Assembly (NCBI GenBank): GCA_030704615.1
Contig: CM060731.1
Span: forward strand, 42,098,001 to 42,162,000
DNA from: Takakia lepidozioides
Taxonomy: Eukaryota > Plantae > Bryophyta
DNA length: 64,000 nucleotides
Reading direction: 5' to 3'
Shown: positions 23,123-36,955 of the stretch, one piece after another
Numbering within the stretch: position 1 is the first letter of the stretch
Layout of the letters: each line of letters starts with the position of its first letter
Program-made: the position numbers and the translations under genes
The notes under the pieces: generated by a model
Databases searched by the model: none
Seen by the model: the letters and a program-made list of their open reading frames with translations, nothing else
Told to the model about the DNA's origin: nothing

Positions 23123-24800
23123 TGGCAGGTTTTGATGTTGAGTTTCACACAGGACGCTATGTAGGGTGCCGGCGCCACACAGTCCAGCAAAGGATCGTGA
23201 AAGGGGTCATAGAACTTCAAATGATTCGCGGGATAGGGGATTTGGGAGCCACTAAGGCATTGTCAAGTTTCGCATGCTGGATCGATTGGTTATGCACCCT
23301 GAAGCAATGTGGTGACAACTGTGGCACACATTTTTGAAAAGGTACCATCTTGGTGCTTCTCTCAGTGGTTTATGGATGTGTCTGTGGTACGTTCCTACAT
23401 GTGGACCTATTTGAGGAGACATATAGCAAGTGATTGAAGGATTTTCAATTCTGGGTTTTCCTTTTCACTTTGAGATTTTCCTGCTTATGACCAGATACTT
23501 TTCACCGAGCCATTGGTGATGGTGAAATGCCCTATTTTGTTTCAACCATCAATGGGGTTCTTCTTTCATGTTATACACATGTCATCTCTCTCTAGTTGTC
23601 CTACAAAATGAAATGTGTCTTGTTTTGAAGGTGGAGGCAACAGATACTGGGCCGTGGCATTTGGAGGATTGAAGTCTGCTGCTCAGATGTGCCACTGCTG
23701 CTTACGCATATTCATAATTTTTGTAAATCTGATTATAATAAAACATCAGGGTGTGTGGCAGGTTAGCATCCACACCTCATTGGTTTGGGTTTAACGTATT
23801 ACCTTCCTTGGGTGCTCCGGGAACCTGGAAAGAAAACTAGTGTTATTAATGTGACGGTTTAAAAGCCTCTAGAAGCCCACCAAGACAACACACGTCTGTC
23901 CAAGGTTTCGGACTGTAGATGCTCCATCCTTGTCACTTGGCTCTGAATATCACGGATGGGCAAAGTAGTGAGGGTTCTGACAACCAGTTTGAAGCATGTC
24001 CAATTCCATGCGTGGATTTGTGAACAGTACTTTGCAGGTAAGGTTTTCTGTATACAGATCTGTCCAGAGCCATGAACTTACATGTACTGTCATCAATGAG
24101 CAAGACCTGTAGTGGTGTATGATATTCATTTGCTCTAGCAACCATTGTTAGAAATTACCATGGTGTACAATCTCATTCCAGTTGTCCAGCTCCTTCCTTT
24201 CAGATTCCTTCATTTCGGAAATCCATTGTGGGGCGTTTTATCAAGAGGGGTACAAACCCCAGTTGATCTAAACATTGATCACTAGACCTGGACTACCCAA
24301 AACCTGCAATTTTACCAGTGAGAGGCCAGTACACAGGACTTTACGCCCTAGCCACAAATGCAATCTGAGCCTTACTTGATGTGATGACTCCTCTGCTCCT
24401 CTGGAGTTTCTCCTTGCTTTTTGAGTCCCCTGAGCATGCATCTAGAGTCTACTTAAGATATCTGGTGCAGTAACTCCCTGCAAGCTGTTCAGTGGTGGGT
24501 GATTCCACTGGAGTCGCAACTATGCTGGACAACCCAGCTTTTACTGCTGTTGTAAGTTACTCATCCTCTGCCTTGTGTCATTATGACCCCCATTCCAACC
24601 GCGAAAGTGGCTTTACAGGAAAAAGCCTATCTATATTTTGTACGCTTGACAAGGATGGAAAGAACAGGAGTTGCAAAAGATTACAGAAACATATTAGGGA
24701 CCGACTCCCATCCTGTCCTTTGCAGAACAAGGGGGAGACATGCTTTATAAACCAAAAGCCTCGATGACAACATTGGTAACTCTCTCTCTCTCTCTCTCTC

Positions 24801-25081
24801 ATCAAGGACAGAGTCCCTGCACCTCTGTTCATTCAGCTGAGCCTAAAAGGCCCTGGCCCTGTTGAGGTCTAATAGCTGGGCAGCTCACACAGCAGATTTG
24901 TGTAAAGGGCTTTATGGAGGAAATCTGGAAATCCCAGACCAATCTTATGCCAACGTAAGTCCCACTACTGGAGTGAGCCCCTCACAAAGGTAGTCTGTTG
25001 TCTGTTCCCTCTTGTTCGCCCCAAACTGGGCACGGGTCTATGGCCACAAGGCTACGGCAACCATATAGTCTCACGAGTACA
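24801..25081 (+). mobile_element. Older, diverged 3' fragment of the same LINE family
   Basis: It aligns by eye to ~14811-15109, including tggccacaaggcta (25041-25054) and the terminal gagtaca. It is preceded by a (CT)n run and no TSD was recognised. Confidence 0.8.
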
Positions 25082-25216
25082 TTCTCTACCTTTGCTCCCT
25101 CCGAACAGGACATAGTAACAAGACTACCACAAGTACACTCTCTTCTCTCTTTATAACTCTAGCCACCTCACTGAACTAAGGACTTCACCTTCATAATCTA
25201 GAAGAGCAAATGCCTC

Positions 25217-28200
25217 TCACTTCCTACTGAGCCTGGCTTTCGGAAGACAAGTTAGTCTACTGAACACAAGACCAGGTTTTGGAAGGTCACCATTGTGAAG
25301 GGTGGAGGAGTACACATCTCTGCATTCTGCCACCACCTGCTCCCAACATTAGACCCGTACTGTGTCAGAGTAGAGACAGGACCCGAAACTCGATGCAGCC
25401 AAATAGATTCACTCCCAAATGTGCACCATGAACTTAGGAAGATGAAAACATGCACAGCCACTGCCATGTAGCATACCTCTTTTGCATCTTTCCGAGGGAT
25501 ACCCTCTCGCAATGCCACCAGCTTTTCCACCACCTCTGGCTGCATTCCCAAGCCCACCAAGATTAGCCAAGTGCACACACACACACACACACTTCATATC
25601 ACTCGACTACCATGACCACAAGCACCCGCTTTGGGCTTCACAAGTGAGAGAGTACGGGTTAAGATCATACTGGGCAATCAGGATGGTTCTGCAGAAGGTT
25701 GGTGTAGGCCAGCGTGAAAGCATCCACGCTCTCTGCAGATGCAAGCTCGCGTATCTCAGCCAATGGTTGTACTCGCTTCTCCACTTTCTGCTTAGAAAAG
25801 ACAGCCAGACTCAGGAGTGAATAGATGTATAAGGGTCATGTGTAGAAAACTGCCGCCTGAACTCAACAAAGCTTGAAAATGACTCCCAGAAAAGGCCCAA
25901 TGAATCTGCAGACAGAGTGACGAGAGACAGAAACGAACGACTACCACATAGATGAGCCTCATGGTGCATATAACTTGCAGCATAACCAAGTATTGACTAA
26001 ACTTATCCATAGAAAAGATAGGGGAAACCGTACAGCAGGGTTGATGATTTCTCGGAAAAACTCGCCGAGGATCTCTTCATCTACCTTAAGCCTCTCTAGA
26101 GTTTCCTCTTTTATATAATTTTTCTGAGAGTACACGTTCAAAGTCCAAGTGTCCATCAGTTAGAAGCTTTTAGAAACATCCTTTCCACCTCCTGACAGAG
26201 CATCTGTCACCACAGTGCCGATCACAATCATATTGAACAACGACCAAGATCTAAGCCCCATCACAACCAAATTACAACCATGATAACAACCTGCCATAGA
26301 ATTCTGCAATTGGAGGAGAAGCAACAAGTACTACCACATTGGACGTCCAGAAATGATGACATTATGAAGACAAACAAGCTAAAGACGTCTTGCATACAAT
26401 GCGTACATGGGGTTTTTTCTTCTCTTCTTCTTCTTGTTGTTCTTCTTTTGTTGTTCTTTCTTGTTTTAATGTAGTCATGAGGGTCTATTCTCAGTAGCCG
26501 TGTGGCTGTGGCTCCCACAGTGAGTTTGGACAGGACTAAAACAGAGACATGAGGAGAGATATCTCAAGCAAACCTGAATAAGAAGACGGTCAACGTATAT
26601 CACAATAGTCTCTTCCAGGCAAGCCTCTGCAAATCTTCGAAATGATTTGTCTTCTACGTACCTGGAAAAAACAGCAATTCATCTTCTCTAAATCAACTCA
26701 TTTAGACTCATTTGTTCTTGGAGTCTTAATCAGAATTAAAACAAGCAGATAAGAAATAAAGCTGAGCATCATGCACCCTATTGGCAGAAGTTGTTCAGCA
26801 GTTAGAGGCTTAGATTGATAGTTTAACAAGGATAGACTTACAGTCTGACATCTGCAAAGTAGTCTCCAAAAGTGGCCACCAGATATTCTGTTACCAGGCC
26901 TTCATACCAATCTGTTCCCACAACATCACATTGCACAATATACCAGAGTCAGTCAAGGGCACATGGCACCCTCGATAAAGGAAGGAGCACGGCTGCTGGT
27001 TCCAGGAGGGTCAAGGGATGACACTCCAAACTTGCAGTTTTATCATCTTTAGAAAATTGTGATCGAGAATCATTGAGAGTTTTTTCTTTTGAGGCGCTTA
27101 ACTCTTTACACCACCAGTATACAGAATCTTTTATCGATTCTACACTAGGGCTCATGTTCCACCGGTAGGATTGACACCATACTCTTTAATTTTCTTCTTT
27201 CGCATTTGACATGGGCTACAGTGCCCCACAACGTTGATTCATCTACCTTTTTGATAAAGCTTTGCAATCAGCTCCTTTACACCCGGGTCCTCAAAAATCA
27301 CTTCCACAGTCTGCTGCAATGCTTCCTGCCACCACCCAGAGCCCTGAACATTGATGCCAGAATGTAGGGAGACACAAGTGGAAACAAAGTACAAATTGCA
27401 ATTGTCAGACCTTCCTGATCAAATAGGGACAACATGTCTGAAGTCCAAAAGCCTTAGCCAATTATTGAAACTCAAAGAGGACCAACATATGATATCTGTG
27501 ATTCCAGAAACAAGAAATCTACATTGTACTAAGAGGAGGCCAGTTTATGTTAAGAAGTTTATGAAGTCCAGATGATACGATAATTAAGTATTCAATTGAT
27601 GATCACTAAAGACAGCAACAAGCAAAACCACCTACACAGATTACATTGTAAGCTGACTGATACCAACCTCCTGTAAATACATTAAAAAGGTGCACACTGG
27701 ATATACAGTTACCTTCGCGACCTCAAGAAAACCTTTGCAGGTGTCTTCAACATTCACCTGCAAGCGATAAGTGAGGTGTCAAAACAATGCTTTACAACAC
27801 ATTCGTGGTCTGCACTTTGAATAAGACAATGTGCGATTCACCAATGTGGCCCAATGGGTGACAGAGTAACTCACATAAGGCATGACATGGTGAAATCTAT
27901 TTTGTCCTCATGGTTAATGTTTGACGACATGTCCTGTTTATGACAAGCACGCACCTTTACTAGGACATAACTGGAATCATGCTAAGCATCTGCTGTTTTT
28001 CTCTGAATACTACACCTGCTCAGCATAGTAAGTAGTTAGAGAGTCCATCACGCTGGTGCTGAGCTCCATTGCCAAATCATAGCACTTGACATTATTGTTC
28101 ACCTGCCCGACCCCCACAAGTTCTGTATAATTAAGGAACCATAAATCTGGAAACAAGATTCAAATCCATAAGACGTACATTCTTCTTTCCAGGTATCAAT

Positions 28201-31200
28201 TCAGTGCCAAAATTCAACCACCCCAGAGGTTTATGGGGTGCATGTTCTCTTGCCAGTCTGTAGAAATCTTGACCTACCTGAAATAAGGGGAAACTTGAGA
28301 GTGATGAACAAAGAGAAAGCCTTCACATTTTGTGGACTGCAAATTCTCTTTCCAGTATCTATAAAATTGCTCCAATATGGCAGTCTTCACCTGCCTAAAA
28401 TAACGGGAAATTTGGGGGTGATTAAGAGAAAAATTACCATGGCACACAGAGGCTCCAGACCAATGTCTGCTGCTGGTTCTTCCAGTCGTTGCCGCTCCGC
28501 AGCTTGAAATTCGTTCATCACCTGCATGCCATGTCATTCCTTAGACAAAACTACTCTGCAAAAACTCTTCAGCTTAGCCGGAGCACATGACAGTTTGAGT
28601 TTAACACAATCAGCATCTAAGAGCACGTACTCTTCCAAACATCAAATTTTAACTCACCTGAATTACAGCCAGAGCAATTCGGTACAGCATGACATCAGTG
28701 CTGTTCTCTTGCACCACCTGAATTTGTTCGCTGAGAATGCGGAACAAGTCCACACCTGCTGGTGTGTACAACCGCCCATCATCGCTCCTTTTTGGAGGAT
28801 TCACTTTATCTTGTTCCAAAATGTTTGTGTACCATTTCTGCACAGGTATATGTTGGAATCAAGAACTGGTGAAATATCCTCAGCAATTCATTGCCCTGAG
28901 GGTCAGAGTAACTGTACGGTGAGGCTTCAGTAAATGCCTACTGATCCTGGCAGAATCATCAAGGTGCAGGCTACAAATGGCCATCTTGTCTCAATCACAG
29001 CAAACTTATCACCGAGAAAAATTATTTAAAAAACTCTGTGGATGGACACACAAAGAACATACATTGATAATATGCACAGACATATCTAGATACATACATA
29101 CCTGCATGGTAACCTGCATGCGGTCTACATAAGCATTCATGAGTGGATCCATGGCACCACTTTCGGCACAAACAGAAGCAAGTGCCTCTTCGACACCCAG
29201 ATTCAGTAGCTGCTGTTGGTAGTGTACCACCCATCCTGTCACCTGCTCCAACAGTAGGTTTGGCAAGAACATCTTTCATATATCTCCTTACATCACATGA
29301 ATGAGGTCCACCCAGGTACAATGGAAAGCCCATGGACTCACACAATCTTAATTACCTTCAAGATTTCAAGGTTGGACACATCACTGGCTCTGTCACCGAG
29401 TTTCCTCAACATCTGGATGAAGCGCTCTGTGTAGAGCTGTACCATAAGCTGGAATATCTCGTACCTGCCCACAAGTCCACCCATGGAATACAAGAGAGCA
29501 TACAATATGTTAGTGATGCAAAGGAAACGGGACTTTGGAGAGACTTAATATGTCCCGCGTAACCCTGGCATAGGCAACTTAAGTGTAACAAACACCAGCT
29601 GAAAACAACAGAAGATGGCATGCAAACTGACAAGTGTCAGACAGTGACAAAAAGATATACTACAATGTGAGTAGGCTGCAAACATCTATAAAGAGGAGTG
29701 AAATCCAAAGCATTTACCGAGGTGGAAAACATGGGGCCACGTAGTCAAAGATGTCAGTCAGCTCATGAGCAATCTGCCACTCCACAAACAGCAATAGAAT
29801 ACGAGCCAGCTCAGTAACTGGTTTTCCATAGCACATCACCGGTTACATTGTAGAGAATGTACTCATAAGACGTTGTTTGCCGTAGCCTTGTGGCCACTAA
29901 CCCCGCGCCCAGTTTGAGAGGAACAGAACCTACCTTTGTCAGGGGCTGACGCAGGTAGATACATTGTAGAGAAAGAGTAAAGGGAGGTTGAGAGAAGGAG
30001 AGGAGAAAATGCCTTCACATCCACACTACATTTGAGCTTAAGAGCCCCAGAAGCTTGTTTCACTAGCTCTGCTCTGGAAAGTCCAAATCAGCAATTACAT
30101 CCTTGCATAACTTCTGATTTAATCAGCCGTTATTACACGGAAATTTAGTAGGTGGAGCTAACATATGGCAGACAGTTAGGATGGATTGTATGCTTCCTGG
30201 AGCTATTTCGTATACATTTTTAATTACATGTAGGTGACTACTAGTATCAAGTTCCACTTGAATGTCTATTGGGTAGGAACAACAAAAGTCCAGTATCCTG
30301 AACCGTTTGGCTAAACCATCCCTACAAAAAACAGTGACTAACTGGCCCTGCAGAGCTACCCCACGCCAAAGAAGTAACCTTATCATTTGTTAACATTAAG
30401 AGCTTTCCAGCACAATTTCTGATGAAGTTGGGTGATGAAGTTTGGTTGGTATCTTAAAATGCTGGAGTATCACCTTTTGGTGTACCTAGGTTCTGATAAC
30501 AAAGAAGCAAATCCAACTCACCAGTCTTGCTTCGTCCAAAGCTGCCTTCAAGTCCTCCACAACTAGCTGCACCTCACGTGAATCAACCAAGAGTCATTGG
30601 CACTGCTAACTTGGTGTTAGCACATAGAAGGCTACAGAAGTGACTTTATTTTCCTACAAAGCTGGAGCCTCCCATACAAACCAACAAAGGATAAGATTTT
30701 TGGAGTTGGACGTAGAATCACCTTGGTAAGCAAATTATTAAACCTCCTCTCGACAGAATTACGCATCTCCTTATAACAACGGTCCTTGTACCCACGTCCA
30801 CCAGCCAGGGGCTTCTGCCTGGCCTGCTCCTCACCAGGAGAGGTGATCATTGGTTTTCCAGGTGCTGCTGCTGCTGACAACCTGTAATGGGAGAACAAGC
30901 AACAAGAACTCAGTTCCATTTTACATGCATAAGAAAACTGCAGTCAAATGACTACGGAATTTTACAAGAAATGAAGGTGGATAAATAATTCTGTTCCTAC
31001 ACAAGAACGTCAATAAGAGATTTCTGCCTCTGGTAGCTTACTTGCGGCCACCTCTGGTGGCAACAAGGTTGGACATGGGGCCAACACCTTCTGCTTCAGC
31101 AACTTCTTCAGCTTGCTGCTGGTCCAGTATCTCCTGCATTTCTACAACCCTAAATCCAAATGCCCACATCAGCCACCTAACCACAAATAGAGAGAGAACT

Positions 31201-34200
31201 TCAATGGTATTTTACACATTCTCTTCCATCCCAATTAAAAACAGCTTTGAACTTTCATCTTGGACTAGGGAAGTCAAGTTAAGGGAAATTACAATTATTT
31301 GCCCTCCCTGACCTCACAACAGACGGGGAAGAAAAATGTGGATACCATGGCATATTCCTAACCAAGTCTTATCCTATTTCCTTAAATTGTAGTGACCCGA
31401 TTACCAGATCAACATATGAGAATGTGCGAAACTTTTTGGTAGAGAACATGATTGATTCTCTCAGGCTGTACATTGGTTCTCTCTTTGTAACACTGTCTCT
31501 TATAGGCTCTCTGTTTGCAGATTTCCCAGGGCCAGCACCATCACGTTCTACATACCAAGTGGCAGCCCTGCCTTTGAACGCTCACATTGAGATTGAGTGC
31601 ATTGCTATGCTTAATTAGACTCGACTGTAAAGGTGATATCATTGGATCTTTTACTGTGGGAAGACCCCAAGTCCAGTTAGTGAATCCACCCTCGCAGGTG
31701 GTCAAATATTGGACAAGTGACCTCCAGAATAGCACCAGTAAACTAAGATAAACAAAGGAGGGAGGTCAGAAAATGCCCAGCCCATACCTGAGAGCGCGCA
31801 CTAGTGTCTGTGGACTGCACAATATACAGAGCATTCGAGTGCACAATGTCAGTGCATAGAAATCCATTGACATGCTTAAGATTATTTAGTAGCCCTCTGT
31901 TGAACATCAGTTGCGATGTCGCAAGACTGCTACCCACCTTGCCCAACCAACAGCACACCCACCAGGAACAGTGGGATGAAAACAGTGGGATTAATACCTT
32001 TCCTTAGCAAGGTGGAAGAAGTTGCTAACATGGCCCCATAAATTCTGCTCAAATTTGGCCCTTGTGTTATTCACGTCCTCAAAATACTCCCTGCAGCCGC
32101 AAAGGATCACCACATTAGCATATTACTACCACAATGAACCACATAGGTAATAAGGGTTAAGACCCAGTGCTTGGCTAGGATGTGACACTTTCCATGATGT
32201 TCGTCCTTGTGACAAGAAAAATATAAGTAAAGTTCTTGTGATCTTTCATTAGAAAATTGCAGAGGATAGCCATTCAAATGTAAATATCGGAGAAGAGTTA
32301 CTGGATGTACTGTATATAGACCCAGTTTTGAAAATTGCCATAGGACTGCACCATGATGAGCAAACAAACCTTTATCAAACCAATAATCGCATGCACATGT
32401 CTGATCATCTGAAAGGGGCAGTGGATAATGAAAAGTCTATATTCAACCCCCTATAAAATACAAGAGTTCAAATGGCAAATTTTGTGCTTATAGTGAGGCA
32501 CTCATGTATTGTCTTTGAAGGCCGTTACTTGCATGATTGTCACCGCCAGAACATGACAACATTTCCTTGTTGGTGTACTCACGTCAGTTTGCTGGCTTCT
32601 TCCTTCCTTGTCGAGACGGCAGCAAGGGCAAATCGTCTCTTTTGCTCCAATGCTGTTAATCCCTGCAATTGTCCAATGATGGAGAGCCATTGTTTGAGTT
32701 GAATTCCGAAGTCAAGAAAATACGTGCATGATTGTACCACCTGAGTTTGATCACTTGATACTGCAACAAGTTCAGTTAATGAGTTATTACTGAGACTCTC
32801 TGCATCAGGTCCCAGCAAGCAAGCTGATTTAACTCACTTCAAAGGTCCGAACCAGCTCTCTGTCATCACTCAGAGAGGCCCTTGCCTCCGCAGCCTCCGT
32901 AGAGATCGACATCATGCCTTCAACGTCCTGCACCCAGAGCATCATTTGCCCCAGATTCTGTCAAATTTGTTGCCAGAATGCAGAAAAATATCCAAGCCAC
33001 AATAACAACTTCTGAAGATTAAAAACTGGAGAATACCTTCAAGGTCATATTCAAGTTGTTGCGGGCATTGCTGAGCAGCTTGATTTGATCATGATGTTCA
33101 ATTAATGTCTGACATTCCTGACACAACCTATCTTCCCATCCCCACCCCAAAAGAGTCATTCCCATCATGCTCAGCAGTAACTCATCAGACAACAAGTCCT
33201 AACAAACCTGTCAATTCTTTGAAGGTAACAGTTGTCTTCAAAATCAAGTTTTCAACCAAGGGAACAACTAGAGAATCACTGCATAATCAAGGAGTAGAAG
33301 TATGTTATCTCACAATCTAATTGGACATCTTTCAAACTTGTGTACATTTATCCATAGCACGACCACTGAAAGCCCAGCAACAATTAGCCAAAATCCTAGA
33401 CCCCTTTCGACACAATGCGAGATCAGATCCAGGGCTACCATTACACTGGGGATCTCACAATGTACCTGTAACTGGGGGCAAAAGATGTCTGGCAAGGCAG
33501 CCCAGAACTGACCCATTTATGCACCTCCATAAGTCAGGACCTACTAACACCATCTTATTGACACAGCTATGTAAGATGAAAATACCCACATGGTGATAAG
33601 AAGTCAATATTACCCACTTGTCAATAAGAACAAAGTTGCCACGTAATTGAGCAATGGTTTCTTGTGCCTGAGCAAGTGCATCAATGCCTGCCCTTGCATG
33701 CTCCACCTGTTGAAGCCACAGATCCCTCATTACAAGATAGTCCTAGAGAGTATAGTCCCAGAAGGGCAGAGTGGGGAGCTTCACCCTCCCAGGGTATCTG
33801 AGACAGCCAGAAATCACCATAGTGCTTGTGAGCAGCCACCGACAAACTGGTTTCAGGGAATTCAATGGGTTGGCATTGACATCATGCTAAAGGGCAGGAG
33901 GTTGATCCCAGCACTGCTCCTCGAACCCACTAGCTTGGAAAAGATGTGCCACACTGGGTTTGCATTGCCAGTCACATTGGTAAGAGAATTGGGCACAGAC
34001 ACACCATAGTGAAAATGGCTTCATACATATTCCTCGGGTGAAAAATAGAGGAAATTAATTTTAAGATCCCTGCAAAAGTGTGCTGAAGGTACCTGTGTCA
34101 TCACACTGGCGCTGAGTTGAGCATCATTATGCTGGCAATAGCAACCAAATAACCCACAACCAAGTCAACATGTTGGCGGAAAAAAATGCGTCTCGTGCAG

Positions 34201-34552
34201 TAAATATATCATTCTCTCACGACGGGAAGCCACTACGCTGAGAGGAATCCAGTTTTGGCAGCTAAGTTGACATTGCAAACGCTTAACCATTGACATGAAG
34301 ATGGCCATGCTTAACGTTCAAGATGCATACTTCGCTACATTAAACCGCGCCCTAACGGACCTTAGGGGTTTAAGGTCGATATGAGTCTGACGTGTCCGTT
34401 TACCACAATGCAATTTGATTACAGACCTGTTGGCGCAAGGCATAGTCCGATCTAAGAGCGCTGATGAAGACCAGCGAGTCGGGAAGCGGCAGCAGCTTCG
34501 CAACCTCGCGCGCTGCCGCCTCCTTGGCTTCGATGCCCGCATCCAGCATCAT
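25217..34552 (-). CDS. SEC6: Exocyst subunit SEC6, about 25 exons
   Basis: The N-terminus is [25 protein letters not shown]. Internal exons give [66 protein letters not shown] and [20 protein letters not shown]. The last exon ends [10 protein letters not shown] 27-nt microexon lies at 31788-31814. Confidence 0.95.
29858..29959 (-). mobile_element. 102-bp LINE 3'-terminal insertion in a SEC6 intron
   Basis: The reverse complement matches the LINE 3' end. The perfect 14-bp TSD tacattgtagagaa lies at 29844-29857 and 29960-29973. Confidence 0.93.
31521..31618 (+). pseudogene. RidA: Orphan terminal exon of RidA (YjgF/YER057c/UK114 imine deaminase), antisense within a SEC6 intron
   Basis: The acceptor ctgtttgcag is followed by [31 protein letters not shown], which matches the conserved plant RidA C-terminus (P[11 protein letters not shown]...IEIECIA). 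No upstream RidA exons were recognised in the window. Confidence 0.82.
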
Positions 34553-35548
34553 CGTTATGCTTGCTTCTTCCTCTCCAAATGGCATCAACCCTTCTCCCCC
34601 ATCAAAATAGCCCTACCTTCCTGTGAAGCTCATAATCTGAAGACCACCGAGCTCTTCGCTACAACCCACAACCTGAAACGAATTGTTTCCCTTACAAGAT
34701 CCTCCGACCCCAATTTCACACAACTCTTTGCCCCTCTGCAAAATCTCTGACCCCCAGTTCTACAAACTTGGCCTGCAATCCAGAGCAGAACACTAGAAAC
34801 ATCATGGGCACCCTTTTTCAAACAGGTGACTGGACTGTCCTTGGGTCCCACCTTCCCCTTTCTTACAGAAGAGCAGCTAACTGTGAAGCTACTCTTGATG
34901 AGTGCACATTACATGTTTCTGCTTCCAGACAGACTTCACATAACTATCATACCACCCAATTCCACACATGATACTTGGCTGTGCTTGCTACAGTAACAGC
35001 ACCCAATAATGGTCCCACGGAGTAATGAGGCTATTGACAGCCACCATGTATCGGATGGACAAGTGATTCCTAAGCTAACATTCTCACAGCTTACATTCAG
35101 CTGCCGTGTGTTTACTTCTGTTTAAGAAGGCGGATTGTGTTGCTTACACGACTTATAAGAGATATGTTCAGAACCTGGAAAGATTTTACCTCTCTGAAGT
35201 TTATCAACTGTAAGAGTACTTGCTTGGAGTATGAATGGACTGGATGGAGGGGTCTCCCAAACTTCAATGTGCATGAGAAGGTGTGCATGTTGTGTGTATG
35301 TGACAGCAGAAGAAAAGTCAGCTGTTCTCAAATCTATTAGGGCTTTTAGGCAAAATTGGAGGTATCGTCAATTGTTTCAAGGCTGTAGGTCTGAGACATT
35401 TGTGCAGCAATACAACATCAGATCCTTCCTACGGACTACGCAATCGTCCTCTGATCGACATTCCACATCTGCCTCGCAAGTGTATTCGGATCAACCAAGC
35501 CCATGCTTACTAAGGATACCGATCGATGAGCAGCTGACCTGCACCGAA

Positions 35549-36955
35549 CTAGTAGTCTACTATCACCCGCTTGAAGTAGTTTGGGTTGGTGATGATGGAG
35601 GGACTGTCAGACGATTGTCTGTACACGGGGCTGCTGCCACTTCTCTCATATGAAGGGGTATAATCGCTGTAAGACGGGCCTGACGATCTGAAGTGTCCCT
35701 CCTCGTTGGCCTGGTAGCTGCCGATCTCCCCATAAGATGGGTTATGGTGGTGGTGAGGAGATTGGCCCAATCTGTCGTCTCTCGCCTTCATGTGGTAACT
35801 GTCAATCTCCCCGTATTGGAAAGGGGTATACTGACTGTAAGATGGACCATCTTTATAGTCTCTGTCGTGGGGTTGGTAACTGTCGATCTCCCCATGAGAA
35901 GGGGTGTGCGCGCTGTAAGATGGGCCATCTGTATAGTCTCTGTCGTGGGGTTGGTAACTGTCGATCTCCCCATGAGAAGGGGTGTGCTCACTGTAAGATG
36001 GTCTAAAGTCTCTTACAGGTGCGCTGCGTCTCGTCTTCGCTTTGATGAAGTCTCTGAAGTTTTGACTGTAAATTGTGCCCGACCAGAAGTCTGCTTTCTT
36101 CTTCACGCGTTTTGCCTTGTCCAGCACTCGATTGGGGTTAACATGGCCAGTGACTGTCACTTTCTCAGTAGCTCCGTCGCACACTACACCATAAACACCT
36201 GCACACTTAAATCCATCCACCGCCACACATAGAATCACTACCCTGTACAGTCTCATCTCTACAGAGGAGAGGCAGCGACTTCAACCCACTCAATTTACGT
36301 ATCATCGTCCAAGACTCCTGTCGGAGAATTTTTCCTCACTTCCCCAAGTATATTGAAAGATGTCGACCTCTGATACAATACAATCAGAAAGAAGCGTGGA
36401 CGAAGTCAACACGAAATGGAATGATCAAATCATCTGGAGCCCCCAGGTACCACAATAGTTGGATACGGAATGATGCTAGTGGGAAGGAGCTTCAAACTCA
36501 CCCTCTACGCCAAGGAGAACTTCCCTCACTTTGTCTTCGCACTTCGTGCAACACATGCCCGGCACCCTTAGCTCCACCTCCTGAACCGGCAAAGAACTAG
36601 AGGTCAGTCGACACAAAGGTCCAGTAGGTAGCTTAGTAGCTTGCTAGATGAGGAGTCAGTAGGCAGACGCAAGTGCCCATACAAAGCTAACAATACACGA
36701 ATCCTTTTCCGAAGATTTTCTATCAGCTTCCACTCTTCACGTGAGCTGGAACACCCCAAAGATAAGAGAGGAAAAGGACGAGATTGCGAGTTGGGGGCAC
36801 CGGAAGCACACGACGGGTTGGAGTCGGGCGGGGTACGGCGCCAGCGTATGGAGGTGGAGGCGCCCTAAGGGGCCGAGTGTACGGCATGGGTTCGGGGAAG
36901 TAGGACACCCCATAAGGAGAGCCATAGGGACTTCGCTCGTCTCTTCCATAAAACA
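35549..36955 (-). CDS. Heavy-metal-associated (HMA) domain protein, HPP-like (no C-terminal CaaX)
   Basis: An exon at ~36503-36595 gives EVELRVPGMCCTKCEDKVREVLLGVE (CxxC). It splices to GVYGVVCDGATEKVTVTGHVNPNRVLDKAKRVKKKADFW, and the protein ends IITNPNYFKRVIVDY*. The 5' exons and start are uncertain. Confidence 0.8.
35645..36003 (-). repeat. 78-bp (26-aa) coding tandem repeat in the HMA protein tail
   Basis: ctgtaagatgg occurs at 35835, 35913 and 35991. The unit is PSYSxHTPSHGEIDSYQPHDRDYxDG, followed by degenerate copies. Confidence 0.9.

Noticed and set aside
26949-27200. AT-rich ORF-like stretch in a SEC6 intron (possible organellar or viral insert)
   Set aside because: No organellar or viral protein could be recognised. 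A BLAST search would be needed.
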